From the NCBI GenBank assembly GCA_048013815.1, contig CM106585.1, forward strand, positions 5,022,001 through 5,086,000: a stretch of DNA of 64,000 nucleotides, in the 5' to 3' direction. Positions 46,095 through 60,870 of this stretch are shown here, in pieces; position 1 is the first letter of the stretch; each line of letters opens with the position of its first letter. The notes under the pieces were generated by a model that saw only the letters and a list, made by a program, of their open reading frames with translations, was not told the DNA's origin and made no database searches. The position numbers were made by a program, and so were the translations under genes. Source of the stretch: Setoptus koraiensis (Eukaryota; Animalia; Arthropoda).

Positions 46095-46940
46095 TTAGTG
46101 TGGTCGTGGCGACGAGTAGTAGGGCGAATAGTAGAGAAGCGGGTTTGAGATGGCGCCGCTCGACGGGTAGGGCGCGGGTATGGGGCCCATATGGGGCAGG
46201 TGATTACGATTGTATTGTGATATGTAGTTGTAAAATTGTGATTGTAAAAATAAATCGAGATGAGGTATGGAGTATTGTTGTTGGTGGTGTTGTTCTTGTT
46301 GTTTTGCCAGCGCTTGTGTTTGTGTCGGTGTGTGTGGTTGTTGCTGCTGTTGTTGCGGTTGTTGTTGTTGCAGTTGCTGATTGGCCTGACCGTTGCTGGC
46401 TTGCTGATTAAGGCCCTGCGAGGAATGTGTGTTTATGTGAGCTTGCTGAATAGGCAAATGATGATGATGTTGTTGTTGTTCTTGTTGTTTTACTAGAGCT
46501 TGCGTTTGTGACGCCGTCAGTGTTGGTGGTGGCGGCGGTGGTGGTTGCTGTTGTTGTTGTTGCTGATGATGATCCAGTTCGCATTCTTTCAATTTCTTGC
46601 GACATTTCGCCCGTCTGTTCTGGAACCACACCTGTACCCGGGCCTCAGTTAAACGCAGTTCGCTGGCCAGCCGCTCGCGATAATAAACATCCGGATATTG
46701 GGCTTGTTTGAAGGCTTGCTCTAGCTTGTGCAATTGCAGCGTTGTGAACGATGTGCGACAGCGTCTGATTTTTCTCGGCCTGTCAGACGAGTTTAGATAC
46801 AATTCGAAGCTGCTGTCGTTGTAGTAATTGTCTAAATGATGCTGCTGCTGATGATGCTGATGCTGGTGGCTGTTGGTGGCACCGTGGCCGGCCAGACCGC
46901 TGGCGCTGCCCACCAGGTCGCTGTACTTGTATTCGCTCAT
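46095..46940 (-). CDS. Paired-like (Q50) homeobox protein, homeobrain-like, intronless
   Basis: [57 protein letters not shown]; KIRR, QLH and QYPDV best fit Hbn among PRD-class genes; ATG at 46940; polyQ/polyP C-terminus. Confidence 0.85.
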   Translation of the reverse strand: MSEYKYSDLVGSASGLAGHGATNSHQHQHHQQQHHLDNYYNDSSFELYLNSSDRPRKIRRCRTSFTTLQLHKLEQAFKQAQYPDVYYRERLASELRLTEARVQVWFQNRRAKCRKKLKECELDHHQQQQQQQPPPPPPPTLTASQTQALVKQQEQQQHHHHLPIQQAHINTHSSQGLNQQASNGQANQQLQQQQPQQQQQQPHTPTQTQALAKQQEQHHQQQYSIPHLDLFLQSQFYNYISQYNRNHLPHMGPIPAPYPSSGAISNPLLYYSPYYSSPRPH

Positions 46941-49900
46941 TTTCACACTTATTTATCTCGCTGTGGCTCGTCGAATTGCAGCTTCTTTTCTTTCTTCTTT
47001 TGTCTTTTGTATTCTTTGAAAACTGGCCGATTTTGCAAGTTTTTCGCGCTACTTGTGTTCGTCGTAGGGCGATTTTTCTCAGTGTTTGTCGCAATGTTGT
47101 CTTGCTTCGAAATGCAAATTATCTAACTGTGACTTGAGATACCAACGATCGCGAACGAGTGATACACGAAACTGACGATTGTGAGCCACGGTGACATGCA
47201 AATGTTGAATTGAATCCTATATCGGACGATATCGTTGCCAGAGAACCCAAAATGCCTATCCTATACAGTTGGCACCCAATTGGCGCATGCGCACGAGCGA
47301 AACCCATTGGGGCATTGACACGCGCTCGTTGATTCGTTGGTTCGTTTCACGGGGGTGTCACCAATCAAATTATTCAATTCTCTTTGCCGCTCTAGCCACA
47401 CTCAAACTAACAATTGGGCACTTGGGTAGCTGGTGAACGGGACCGGTACTGCGCCGAGTATCATTGTACCATTGTTCGCGCAACTGACAGCCGCAACCGG
47501 CCCCAATCGGCCGCAATCAGAGGTAGCCGGCGGCGGCGGACCCGAGCGCCGCGCCATTGGCTCGCTCAACTGTGGCCCCGGTCGCGCCTAGTTGTCGCTC
47601 GCGAACTGCCGCCATACCTATAGGGTATGATACCATTTAAGACAGCGGGGCACAGCGGCGCCCGTGAGCGGTTGTGGCGGCGGCGGCTGCCCGTTGCGAC
47701 CCTATGCGCCCATTAGTTGCTGTTATTATCCGCTGGTGGTGGGTGCATCGCAGCATCGGTCACCGCTTAAGTAGTTCATTATCGATGCCGTTGCCAGTAT
47801 AATCAAAAATAATTGGCTACCTTTGAGGCCTTTGACGTTTGTAAATTTATATCAGTTTACATCGAGTGGCGCGTACAGCGGCGCCTAATTTGTGCGCGCT
47901 AGTTAACGATGCGCCCGTCGCCCACTCATCGCCATTATACATCATCCATTACATAATATATATTATCTATCATCTATTACATAATATATATCATTGTACA
48001 TTATTGTATAATGGCTGCGCCAGTAACAGGGTCATGTTAATCAGCGCGCCGGTGTATCTGTGTATTTAACTCGATCATGGGCACTGATCGCCGATAATAT
48101 GATACAACCACTGTAACAAGCAATTATATTGAGACTACATCACACAATAATTGGCTGTGTCTAATCTCATCGTGATCGGCACCGTGATCGGTCTATCTAT
48201 ATCCACTGTGTCGTCAATCTCTTTTGGCTGGCATTAGGACATGATGAAACAAGATTTAGCGAGGCCCCGCTCGCCCGCGATACCATCTAGTACCGTCATG
48301 TCAAGTCGAGCCACTAATCCAATACAAGTGTCTATTGAGAATTTCGTTTATTCGATCTAATCAAATTGGCTGCAGCTCGGCTGGTTATTTGATTATGAGA
48401 GCCTAGCAAATAATTGCCTCCAATTGGCCGCCGACTTGCCAGCGCCGCAGACAGCCTTTCGTCGGGGCTGCCGACATGAGGAATCTGGTTGGTCCGACAC
48501 AATTTTTAGCTTGGATATCCGCGCTCCCTGGCGGTCGTATCCAGGCTAAAAATTGTATGTAACAAAAATTGTGTGTATAGTAAAAATTGTGTATGGCGAA
48601 AATTGTGTATGGCGAAAATTGTGTATAGTGAAAATTGGGCGCCAATTGGCCGGCGTGAGATTCACGCTCCGACACACGAGCCGCAAAATGAACTCACATA
48701 TCTTTCAAATCGTAAAGGGATACAAGTACAAAAGTATACAAGTATCGGCTCGTGGTCGTATCGTTTTGTTTAATCGGCATCACTGGCCCTATAAAAGCGC
48801 AAGTACGAGACGGTTTAGGTAGATACTGTGAAATAATGATACTAATCGCTCGCCTCGGGCCCCGTTCGCCTGGTTGTGTGGTGCCCGTTTGGGGCTGTGG
48901 GAACGGTAGTATTTGATGGTATCGGCAAGTTTTTGATTGGCTGTGTATCGCGGATATCAGTGCAGTGTGAAGTGGTTATTTCAAGCGCCAATTCATCGGT
49001 TGTTTCGGCGCGGTGCCGGCAGTTTAATTCAATAAACGGTAATCAATTCAATAGATATAGGTGTCGACGACATTATCGACGAGCAGCAGTTTCGGCTCGG
49101 CAGCTGCATGCAAACACTTGGCGCGACGCTTCATGGATTTCGCATTGATTATAATGGTCATTATTGAAATATTGTCGCACCAATCGCCCACTCCATACCG
49201 GCGATACCGGCGATGCTTCGATACCGGCGATGCTTCGATACCGGCGATGCTGCCGTGCGAGCCAAATGGCCGCTATCTCGCCGGATAATCATTTGTGTCT
49301 GGCAGCGAATTGGCGCTTGGCGATGCAGCAAATTAGTTTTATTTTTTGGCAGCCGAACGGCCGCTCAATCGGCCGGAATGAGCCCATCGGATTTTGGCAG
49401 CACTTACTGAAAATTGATTGATCAATGCGCGAGACAAGATTAGTGGACAGTGTCTGCAATTGGTCAGCTTGTGGCGCGGCTAATGGCCGCAATCGAGCGC
49501 CAAATTGTCGCCAATGCACACGGCCAATGTTCCCATTGGCCGTGTGGATATCCATACGGCCAGTATCGGCCAGTATCGGCCAGTAACGTTGGCCGAGTAT
49601 AATGCCAGAGGATAATCAATGATAAATCTCGCCGCGCCAAGCACTCTAATTGTTGGCGACACACTCAACGCGACACAATGGAGATCAGGTATCGAGATAA
49701 TAATGCTCGACAATAATTACCTGGCGGTGTTGTTGAACACTACTTACCACTACTTGTTAAACGCATTAGTTGCCCGGCCAACAATGACAACAACAACGCC
49801 AACAACAATTGCCGATTTATCCCTTATTATGTCCATCATCATGTTTTATGCGCTGGTGGCCATTGTCTGCCGTTGGGCTCTAGGTCGCCTAGTGGTCGCC

Positions 49901-52900
49901 TATTGGTCGCCTATTGGTCGCCCAGTGGTCGCCTAGTGGTCGGCCAGCAAAGCAACAGATTTAATGGAGCCCGCGACAATGGCTCGCGGATATTCACGGC
50001 CAGGTAAGCGACTGATCGGCCAGCCAGCATGTATGCCAGTCGTCGATTTAATTGGTTAGTAGCCGGAGGTTTATTAGCCATTATTGTGGCCTTTAATAGA
50101 TATTAGACACCATCAGTGGACACCATCAATTGTTCGCACAAGCAACTGTCAGTGAGCAACACTCAATGCTGCCCATAATAACAATAATAACAATAATAAT
50201 AATACAATGACTGGATATCAAATAATCGCTGGATATACCTGATCCGAGCGCGTATAATACGCATGTATAATGCGCGCACAATGAGACAATGTGGGCGCGA
50301 CAAGAGTGGTGACAATTGTAACATGACACAATTGACATTGATTGAGTCGAGTTTCAATTGAATTGCCATTGCCATTGAACGGCCATTGCCATGCCATTTG
50401 CCAACAGCCCCATTGGCAATTGGGGCCCGGCAATTCAAGCTGGCCTGGCCTGTCGCCGCATACAACAACGACCCACTTAACGCTGTTACATGCGTCACCT
50501 ATAACTTTATAATATCGCCGTACTATATTGCAACAATATATTACAGCAACAATACATTGCAAATACTCCATAAGTAGCCCATAAGTAGCCCCAATCGACA
50601 ACGAAAAGGGGCGAGATTTCTGGCGAAATTGTGGCGTACAAATTACATGTACGCGACACGAGTAACCAGTAACCAATAAAGAATAACCAATGTGTGCCGC
50701 CGCGTACACAGATGATGAGTTTACAAATGAATTTACAGGACGTGAGGGGAAACATATAGGCATTATGGACGAGTTGTCACCGAAATCTCTATTGGCTCTA
50801 TTGTTATTAACATAAGTGATTACAATATGATTATGCTAATGATCTCACTCAGTGCCACTCGCGGCCTTTATCCGGCTTTTGTGCCTGGCTGACACTATTG
50901 CTGGCTGGCACTTATAATAATGCCACCAGTAATAACGGCAATAACAATAATAATAATGGTGATAATAGTAACAGCGACACTGCCGATAATAGCCGACGGA
51001 GTGGCAAGTACAAATGCGATCAGTATCACGTTTAATCAAGTCTTTTTGTGGGCCTCCGTCGCTGGCCCGTGTATAATTTTCGGTGATTCCTTTTCTGTTT
51101 CGTTCAACACTTTTCGTTTCCCCCCGTTTCATTGATTCTTTTGCACTCGACGAGGCGAGTTATTGAGTGCTCGCCGGCCAGCACTCAATAAATCGCCGGC
51201 CAGCACCCGATAACTGCAGTCGTCAGTGACAAACACGACACAAGTTGTCAGTGGCGCTGTTGTTGAAAAGTGTTTATAAACTGGCCAGTACCTCAATTAT
51301 GGCCGATTTGCATTTGCTTTTGTCAGCGGTCCGACACCCTGTCTCTCATGACAAGAGTCCGATGGCTCCCATGGTGCCGGCGGCCAGCAGCCAGCCTTTT
51401 CGGCATCACACTTTTTCGGCTTGGCCCGACGGCGGCGGCTGAAATGCGAAAACGAAGCAAACTGACGAACGCAAACGCTCACAATGAGTCTATATGTATG
51501 ATATTTTATTTGGTGCATTTATGCAAATTTTTCGCAAAGCGGCTCACTCTATAATGAGCCGCCAATGGACTTTTCGAGGGCCGCGCTGTTGTTCGCAAAC
51601 AACTGAATGGGGCCACAAGCAGAAGTGGCACGAGAAGAAGGAGCCACCGAACAACAATGAGCTCGATGGCCGCCGCTCAAGGGTCCACTCAAAGCGAAAC
51701 TTTATAACAACTTTAAACAACTGACCCAAATAACTGCGACACATCGGCATAACGGTCGACGAGCCGTCGGTGTCCGAACAGATTCACGCTCGACACTGTC
51801 GAGCGGAGATCTGAACAGTTTGCGGGCCGCCCGAACCAATGGGCAGACCGGTGACAAACGATGCACGAACGGGCTCACTTGCCAACTTGTTGTTCATGCG
51901 ACAAATCAATCAATTTGAGGTCTAATTGAGCTTGATGGACGTTTCGCCAGCGGCCAGCACCAACTTGTGGTGTGTCGATACAAATATGAACGATATATAT
52001 GTATGAATATACGATACGATGAATACACGAGATACATGATCCGCGTGCGAGAGGCAGCGCTGTGTTTGGCGGTCGGCGCGCGGGGGCGGCAGCTTTTCTG
52101 TGATAATTTAGTAAGTGATGCAGCTAATGACAATAACGGTTGGAAATTGAACAGCCCCAATGACAATGATGATGATAATAACAGTTATAATAAGCCCCGA
52201 TTTATTTTGTTTGTGTCAGCCAAATGAAATTTGCCGGGCCCGATGGAGCACAATGTTCTGTGCGTTTTGTGTATCATTGGTCGGCCTGCAAATCGTAGGC
52301 CCCAGCGCCGATTGTGAGCATTCGACAACAATGAAGACGCCAGATTATGGTGGCCATTGTATTTCAACCACTGTTGTTGTTGTTGTTGTTGTTGTTGCTG
52401 CTGAATTGAATGAGTGGTCTCAATTTGTCAGCAGACGCCAAGCAGAGCCAGATAAACAAGACAAAAGATGATGAAAACAAGATACAGCATTTATTTGCAT
52501 GATGCTGCTGCCGTATCAATACTGCAGATATTTTGTGGTGCTGATTTTGTTCTTGCCACTGACGGTGACAGCGAGCACTAACGGTGAGTTTTAAGGTGAG
52601 TTTTGAGGTGAGTTTTAGGGTGAGTATCAAGGTGAGTAGTATTAGCATGAGAGGGACGCAGATTGATATCAGTTAATTCAAGCGACAAAGGGAAATTTGA
52701 TATGCTGATTAGCAGCAGATACAACAGTGCAAAGCGCACGAGCAAACAACAATGGATACATCTTATTATCTCCTATAATGAGGGGCTTACTTGTGAGCCT
52801 CTAATTGTATTGCCATTAGTTGTTGTTGTTGTCGTCTATGACAGACACAACACGTACAAATAAAGAGATAAACTGTCCCCTGTCAACTGCCAATTGTGCC

Positions 52901-55900
52901 AAAGTGCCCCTCTGGCATCACTTTGGCCGAGCGCGACCGACCGAGCCCCGTTTGGTTGTCATTGTCCAGCGAGTCGCTGTTTATCTTGTTGCGCACTAAT
53001 GGAATCTTGTTGCGCTAATTGCGACTAACTGCATTTTATTACAGTTGTGACATGATCAAGTTATTTATTATCAATTTGTCGCCACCTCGCCGGCAGCCGG
53101 GCCACTGATTCACTCGTCCTCTAATGATCAATCCAATTGATTACGGGCCGACGGGATTATTTGGACGGGGGGCCAGGCAAACAAACACAGGATGGCAAAT
53201 TGTTAATCGCTCTGACTGACTGAATTGTGAGGGCAATTAGATACGAAATTAGATACGAAATTTCGGCGGCTCTCACACTCACTCTTGAGCGATCTCGCTG
53301 TCACTTGATTGCGCTCGATTGAGCACGTTTGAGTTGGTGTCGTGTCGATCAGCGATCACACAACAACATGACTGCTAATGACCAGTTAATGTCAGCCGAT
53401 GTCACCGGCACATGACATCCACTGACAGCCACGCCAACATAATACCGGCCACGTAATACCGGCAACGCAATACCGGCAACGCAATACCGGCAACGTAATA
53501 CTGGCACCGTATGACAGGGGGCCGCCTCAGCCGCCGCCAGCAGCGGGGTGTGACAGCGGAACAACAATTATCGATAAGATATGATTTACGATTGGCCGCC
53601 GCGACCCACGGGGGCACAAAAATGGGGCCCGTTAATGGCTCAGCGGCCAGTTGTCAATTGTGGGCCTATGTGAGCCTGTTCTCAAGAGTTCATTCATGTA
53701 GAACAGTGAGTCGTCGAGTGTGTGAGTTGAGCCGGTGACAATTGCAAAAAGAATTGCAGAAGAATGAGAAGCCAAGAAGCTCACTACAAGCAGCCAATAA
53801 TACTTGCCGACTGGCTAATAATAGCAATAGTAATAATAATAGCTATTATTAGCCAGTGTTTAACTTGCTCTAGGGCCTGACATATGAGAGTGCTATTTAC
53901 TTAATAACAATAATAACACACTCTGTGTGTATATATACCTTTGATTTATCGGCCAACCGACCAACAATCCAATTGCTCACATTGTTGTTAGTGCCTCACA
54001 TGCCATCGATTGAGCTGTCTGCCGGTGGCTGGTGGGCGACAATTGGGGCCCCAGCCAGCGGATAACATGAGCCGAGTTATTATTATTGTCATTGTTATAA
54101 GGGGGCGCCTCATATACATGTTATACGCGCTTATAAGACTTGTGAGCGATTGGCTATTGGCCATTGTCATGTTGCGCTTGATTTGGTTATAGTCAGCTGA
54201 CTGGTGGCAATATAGTTTAGTTGAATGAATTTAGATTCAATTTAGTTTATGTACAGGAAATGAATTATCGTGAACTATGAGTAGTGAGTAAACTATTCTT
54301 TATTCATGCTCGTCGTTGTCGGCCATTATTAACTGTGTTGCCAGCGCCTCCGCTCGCAACGCTCAAACTGCAAACCGTATGTGTCACCATAACCTATAAA
54401 CAAAGCGTTATCTTGTATGTGTTTGTATTTAGTGTGAGCATTGAGACAACATTGGGGCCCCAAGAACAATCGCCAGCTCGCTCGGTCGCTCGTCAGTGAC
54501 GAGTCGTCATACATTTATTTGCGCCAGCGATAAGCCAGCCGCCGCCTCGTTTCTTATTGGACTAGACATCTATTGAACGCGAGCCCGAGACACACTGTGG
54601 CCCACTTGCGCAAGCATAAGTCCGCATAATAATAAGCACGGTGGATATTTGAAAGAAGCGCAACGTTTGTTTAGTCATACGCATCAGCTAATTTTACGTC
54701 TCAATGAATAACGTTTAAGTTTTGTTTGACTATATCAATAATATTAAACTATATATAATAGTATTTGTAGTTATTGGTTGTAGCCAACAGAGGGACACTT
54801 GGCGATTATTACAACAACATCAACAACAACAACTGAGCCGACATATTGCCAGTGGGGCCCGCGTCATTCAATGCGTTGCCTCGTCCCATGTCTCATTCAA
54901 TAGGCGGCCCCATTCATGGCGACGCCACCGCGACACGACGACGACGACGACACAAACAACTGGAAATGTCACACTATTAAACGCACGTATATGTACTAGT
55001 GTATTATCGCTTACGATTGAGTGGACACACTTTACTTGATGATGACAATTGATGCTAGTAGCAGTAGTCAATTAAGTGTGTTCGCTCATTAATATTCATT
55101 GTGCCCCAGTGGGCCCAGTTTATTGTACAACTCTCACTCTCAACTGTCACACACTGTGCGACGACGACGACTCGCAAACATCCGCTATGCGACCGCGCCA
55201 CTGCCAACGACAAACGTTATATGCCTATATATTTGTCGTTGGCAGTGTCGTCGACATATAGCGACATCATATAGCGACATATACGATATATATATGAGCA
55301 ATAGACGACACACTAGTGGGCAAATTGCATTAACTTGCCATTGAGCGAACGCTCAATAAACGATGAATGAAAAACGCTCTACATCGGTCAATGTGGGGCC
55401 CATTGTGTGCGGGCGTGTCGACAGTCGCTAAATCAAATCATGTTAATCAATTTCGCGTTTATCGCCCCCAATCGCGGATGCATTGTCACGCTACAGGGGC
55501 CAGTATTGACAATTAGGGCACATTGACTGACGACGCAACAGACAGTGATGGCACGGATTAACAGTTTGCGCTAGTCGCCAGCCTCAAGCGCCTCCAGATT
55601 TCATCGGGCAATATAATAACGATAATGATAATAAATGTATCGCTCGCGCCAACCACTTCTAACTCGACAGCGATTTTCCGGCGGCGAGTAGCGATTTTTT
55701 GCGCTCGCTTCGCTGGTGTTGCAAATTGCACTCTTCGACCGCGCAGTAGTATAAGTGTGTCTTGTCCATTGGAATCTTGTCCGGGTTGCATCGTGTGAAT
55801 ATATTGTGAATCATATGAATTGTATCAGATAAACATATGAATTGTACCGCGAATTTACCGTAATTGCGTGAACCGTTATTGGCACGGCGAGCTCGTTAGT

Positions 55901-58900
55901 GGGTCGGCAGCGATGACCCTAAATGCCACTATTTGCCTATTTGCTCAATCATTCGCGACACTCAGTGCGTGTCCATGGGCGAGATATCCTGTTTTATCGC
56001 CGTCTAGTGGATGTATGAGTGGATATATGAGTGGATATTTGAGTGGATGTATGGGTGGATATGGGTTTGCTAGATGTATGAGTCTGGGGTGTGATATATT
56101 ATTGTGTGTTATTATTCAATTTGGCGCACACGCAGACTTAATTTGCACGTATAATACAATTAGATTTGGTCTGACAACATTACATAAGAGAGAGAGTGAG
56201 ATAGTGAGGCAAATTCGATCAACGTATCAAATCAATCGTATGCCTACTGGCGATGAGCGTCTTCCGATGGCTTCCCCAATCGGACAGCCTCGAGACATTT
56301 GTACAACTGGCAACTTGTGATAGTGTCAACAACACGCCAGCCGCGAGCCGCGTCAAGCCAAGATTATCAACTCTAACACTGCGGGCCCCAGCTACTCTCA
56401 CGCCTAATTCAATCTATCATTTCCGCAATTTAATTTTGGCAGCCCCTTCGAGGCCTCACCTTCTCCGAACTACTATCTTGGCTACTTACTGTTCATTATG
56501 TGTATCGATAAATAAACAAAGCACAAACTAAAATAAAATGCAATAGGAAATAGAATAAAGAGTGCCATCTGATGGCAGCTCACATAATACAGTTAGAGCT
56601 ATTAAATTGCCACCTAAAACACTAAGCCGGTACCTCTATCGGATACATACTACATCAGATACATACTCTATTAGATGCACCAAGAAAACGTCCAGAAATT
56701 GCACAAAACGGCTCCGCTCGGCAAGTGCAAATGTCAGCTATGGCCAAATGTATAAATCTATGAGCGACTTTGGTGAGCGATTTGGCGATTTCGGGAAATA
56801 AAGAGAAAAACATACAAGAGTTGTGGGAGTAGCTACGTAATATTGTTGACAAAATAATGCGATAAATGTGCCCCGCGGTCACGTAACACTGCAACACCGC
56901 AAGTCGTATAGAGGAAGGCGATCTGTGGGCAGTGTATTCAATTGGTTACTTGCTCATCATCGACTTGAAAATAAAGCGAAGAAGCATACCCACTGCAGGC
57001 ATTCATTTACCGGTATTATCATTTACCGGTGATAGAGATTGTGAATCGCGGTGATCATTGTATATATTACCTTTATTTTGTTGCTGGGGCCGTCGACGGT
57101 AACACGATCGACGGCCCTAACAGGTACAAGTCGCACTCAGATTAACATCATAAGCAGAAGTTTATGAAGATTGGCAGCTAGCGAGAGAGAATATCTTGCT
57201 CGAGAATATTCAAGGATAAAAGTGGCCACTTAAATGATTTTTGTCGTTCGTCAATTTGGGCTAGATTAGAATCACTGTCATCTCGCATTGTGGGCGCCCA
57301 GGACTTGTGTTATCTGTCAATTAATTTAATAATCCTACAATCTCGGAGCGAACACCATGAATGCATCGCATGACATTACAACAGTCGTAATCTATATCGT
57401 TCGAAAAGCAAGGCGCAGAACCAATTCGCTCCATTCTCTAGACATCAACAGCCTCACATGATGAGTCTTGATAATGGGTAATATGGGCTCAACAACTGAC
57501 TCTTGCCATTAATTGCACCAACAAATCAACTGACAAATCAACCGACCAACCTATCAAAGTTGCCAAGTGTTGTCCCTCCGTTGTTTCGAGCAATCTCCTG
57601 ACTTGAATCACTTATCGGGACTTGGTTTTCAATCGACGATTCAGATCACCTTTGGCGTTGGCCACCAGGTGATGATCAGTCCAATTGGACCAGCGAACAC
57701 CGCAAACAATCTCGCTTCATTGGGGAGCCTCTGTCTCTCTCTTTGTATCACCATCGAAAAATTCATCCAAACGCCGGATAAATAAGGTGTATTTTGGATC
57801 TATTTTATCAAATGTTGTCCTCGTCGCAAGTTGGCAACTTGGGCTTATTGAAACCGACAAGAAAGTTGTCACAGTTTGCATTTGGGCGCGCATTTAGTTT
57901 TTTTTTTTTTTTCGAAAACTTTTTGGCGAAAGAAAATCTTTCCGACGAAAAGTTATCGTTCGTTTCTTGCACTCATTTTTTGGCGCTGCGAGTGGCGCCA
58001 TCTACAAGCTGGGAAAGCCAACGAAGTGTGCAAAAAGAATTGGTCGACTATTGGCGTGTCGATGTAACAAAACAAAATTAAATGCTGCACGAACGGAAGG
58101 CACGTTTTCATGTCGATGAAGCAGACAGTCGTGCGTGCATACGACGAACAGTACGCGGCAGCACAGTTTGTGTCTTCAGTTGGTTCAGGCCGAATGTCCT
58201 GAAGGAATCGGGTTGCACACGCTAGGCACTCATCAGACTGAGAACGAGCAGCTCACAGGGATTATTTGGAGATCCTGTGCGATTCTGAGTACTTAAAGCT
58301 TCAGTTGTGCTCATGAAAAGCAGCTCAGCTTTGACAATGCATTTGCATGCTGTTGTTGGTGCAGCGGCACTCTAATGTTATAGCTCGTCTGATTAATTAT
58401 ATCTCATCGCAACAATCAGACAGCGCACAAATCTTCTGCCAAATCCTCTGATAAATCATCAGAAGATCCAGTGGATATTGTCCACTTGATACTTACTTGC
58501 ATCACGCATGTAAGCACTGTACTGTATTTAATGTAATACAATCAGTACAATCAGTGCTGCGCAATTGTTGCAGCGGCTTGCAGTACAGTATGTTGCATTT
58601 TGTGTGCGCTCTCTCGCAAAATACTCGCGCTGAGTTTAGTTGCGGCCCTTGGCTAGAGGGAGCCCTTTGGTCGCTGTTACAATAGAAGCGCGCGCACTGG
58701 CAGCACTCCTTCAGGCTAAACCAGCAACTATGCGCCAGAAAGCCTAATGGCCTCCACAGTAGCATATAGCAGTAGCATGTGCACCATGCACTACTGCATC
58801 GAGCACAAAGTTGATCGGTATGAGGATACAGGCTGCTGCAGCAAGCATTTTCTCCCACAACAGTGCACAGAGTGCGCCGCTCCGTCTGCCATTACAACGA

Positions 58901-60499
58901 TTGCCTTGCCTCCCGCCCAGAGAGCACACTGTCTGCCTCGCAGCGTTCAGATATGCTGCCGCTGCTGTGCCACCGAGAAAGAACACAGACACCAACACAA
59001 CTGCGATTGTCAGTGTGCTGGCCACCACGTTCACCAGAGCTTGCGCGCAAGAGCCAAAGAGGGCGCTCAGAACCGTGCCGTGGGACGCACACAAACGGAC
59101 GGCCGGGGTCGTGTCGCGATGATTTCTACACTTTCATGGACACTGAACATTGTTGTGGCCATGCTCGTGGGGCGACTGCCAGCAAGAGCTTGCCAACAAC
59201 AACACAAACTCGTGAGCTGAAAATGAACACAGTTGCACCAGCATCCAATACAGTGCCCTTGTGATGCTGGCTTCACCGATTGATAGCGAGAAGCGCCCCC
59301 GGTAGCAACTCCTCGTAACTAGCTTCCCGCGCACTCACCATAGACACAGCCGTATGGTGGTGCATCTTTTTGTGCATGTTGGACAAACTGTGCGTCACAT
59401 TATATTCATGACCCCTTTCTCAGGAGCGCACCACTCTTTCGGCAGACACGGCACCACTGTGCCTGCACTTTTTACTGGATAGTATCCACTGGTGCACGAT
59501 GCAGAACACTTTTGCACTGTGTTGCACTACCGTCGGCTGCACAGAGAAATGGTCGCCGACGAAAGGGGGCAACGATGGGGGAACGGCCACGTGCGCGCCA
59601 CAGTGATAGGTACATGTACGGCTCAAGGAAATGTTCGATTGTACGTGGATTGACAGGCGCTGAAACGCACTGCTGTGAGACGGCCATTTTTGACGGCGCT
59701 CGAATACCTTCCGCCGCCGCCTCCACAAACACGGCCTGGCTACAGCCGTACTGTTCAGTGTCGTCGAATGGGGCACCATCGGCATCAAAACAGAACGATA
59801 TTGCAACGGCATGCATTTTGAATATTTTGCCGGAGAAAGTTTTATCCCGTGTGCATTGGCTGCAACGCAGTGACTGTATGTGTTGAACTGGACACAAAGT
59901 GATTTTTCGTTTGTTTGAATCTGGCGCGTCGCCAATGGTGCTCAATCTGATTGATGGTCCATGGCCATAAACGTTACTCGCTGCACCACTGTGGAGCAGT
60001 CACTGTTCAACAGTGTGATACAGTGAGTATAGAGTGTGGGGGGGGGGAGGGGGCAACAAATGTATATTTGCGCTTGCATTTTATTGGGCGCGCGGCGCGC
60101 CATACCATTCGGACAGGGGTGCATGCACCACGGCAGAAAGGGAGCTGCCGTTTGCACAAAATGATGCGCCTGGTTGGATTCCAGCAGTGTATGTGTAGCG
60201 CCTGGATAGCGCAACACGCGTGCACCATCACCGCCACCACCGCCACCACCATGGCACACTGCAGCAAGCAGACGAACCAAAACTATACCCGGCGGTATTC
60301 AATATACCGCTCTATGTGGAGACTTGTGTGTGCCTGTCACTTTTCGCGCTTGTGCTTCTGACTCGGTGCTTGTGTACGCATTCACGTTCGCATGTCTGCG
60401 ATGATTGTGCGCTGCCGCCAACGTCTGCCACCAACAGTGGTGTGTTTGTGTAAATGTGTGCGCTTGTCCGTGTGCTTTTGCGATCGGCACTTTGCTTTG

Positions 60500-60552
60500 C
60501 AACACACGCACACACACACTTACACACACACACACACACACACAAACACACA
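60500..60552. repeat. (AC)n microsatellite
   Basis: Directly visible; similar tracts at about 24311-24338 and 13950-13967. Confidence 0.85.
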
Positions 60553-60870
60553 GCGACCGAGCGAATTTGTCCACTGTTGTGCCATTGCTGCTTGAATTGT
60601 ATAGAATTTTGGCCATAATTAGTCGATATAAGCATATAAATTTATAAGCACGCACCTACACACGCATCATTCTATATTGATACACCGATAATCAATATAA
60701 ATCAACATTAATTTAGAAAAGAATACTTATATCCATACATAAATAGATATATATATATATTATTACATATATATATCTTGATCGCTTACTTTCACCGACT
60801 CACACAACAGACTCCTCACTCACACTCATTCGCTCACTTGCAGCAATCAAAACAAAGAATCAAATCAAAC

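Noticed and set aside
56690-56860. Weak Tc1/mariner-like LWPN..YERLW snippet
   Set aside because: Too degenerate; no terminal inverted repeats or DDE motifs found.
58500-60400. Several Cys/His-rich ORFs on both strands
   Set aside because: No consistent zinc-finger spacing; the TGC/GCA-rich composition gives Cys-rich frames everywhere.
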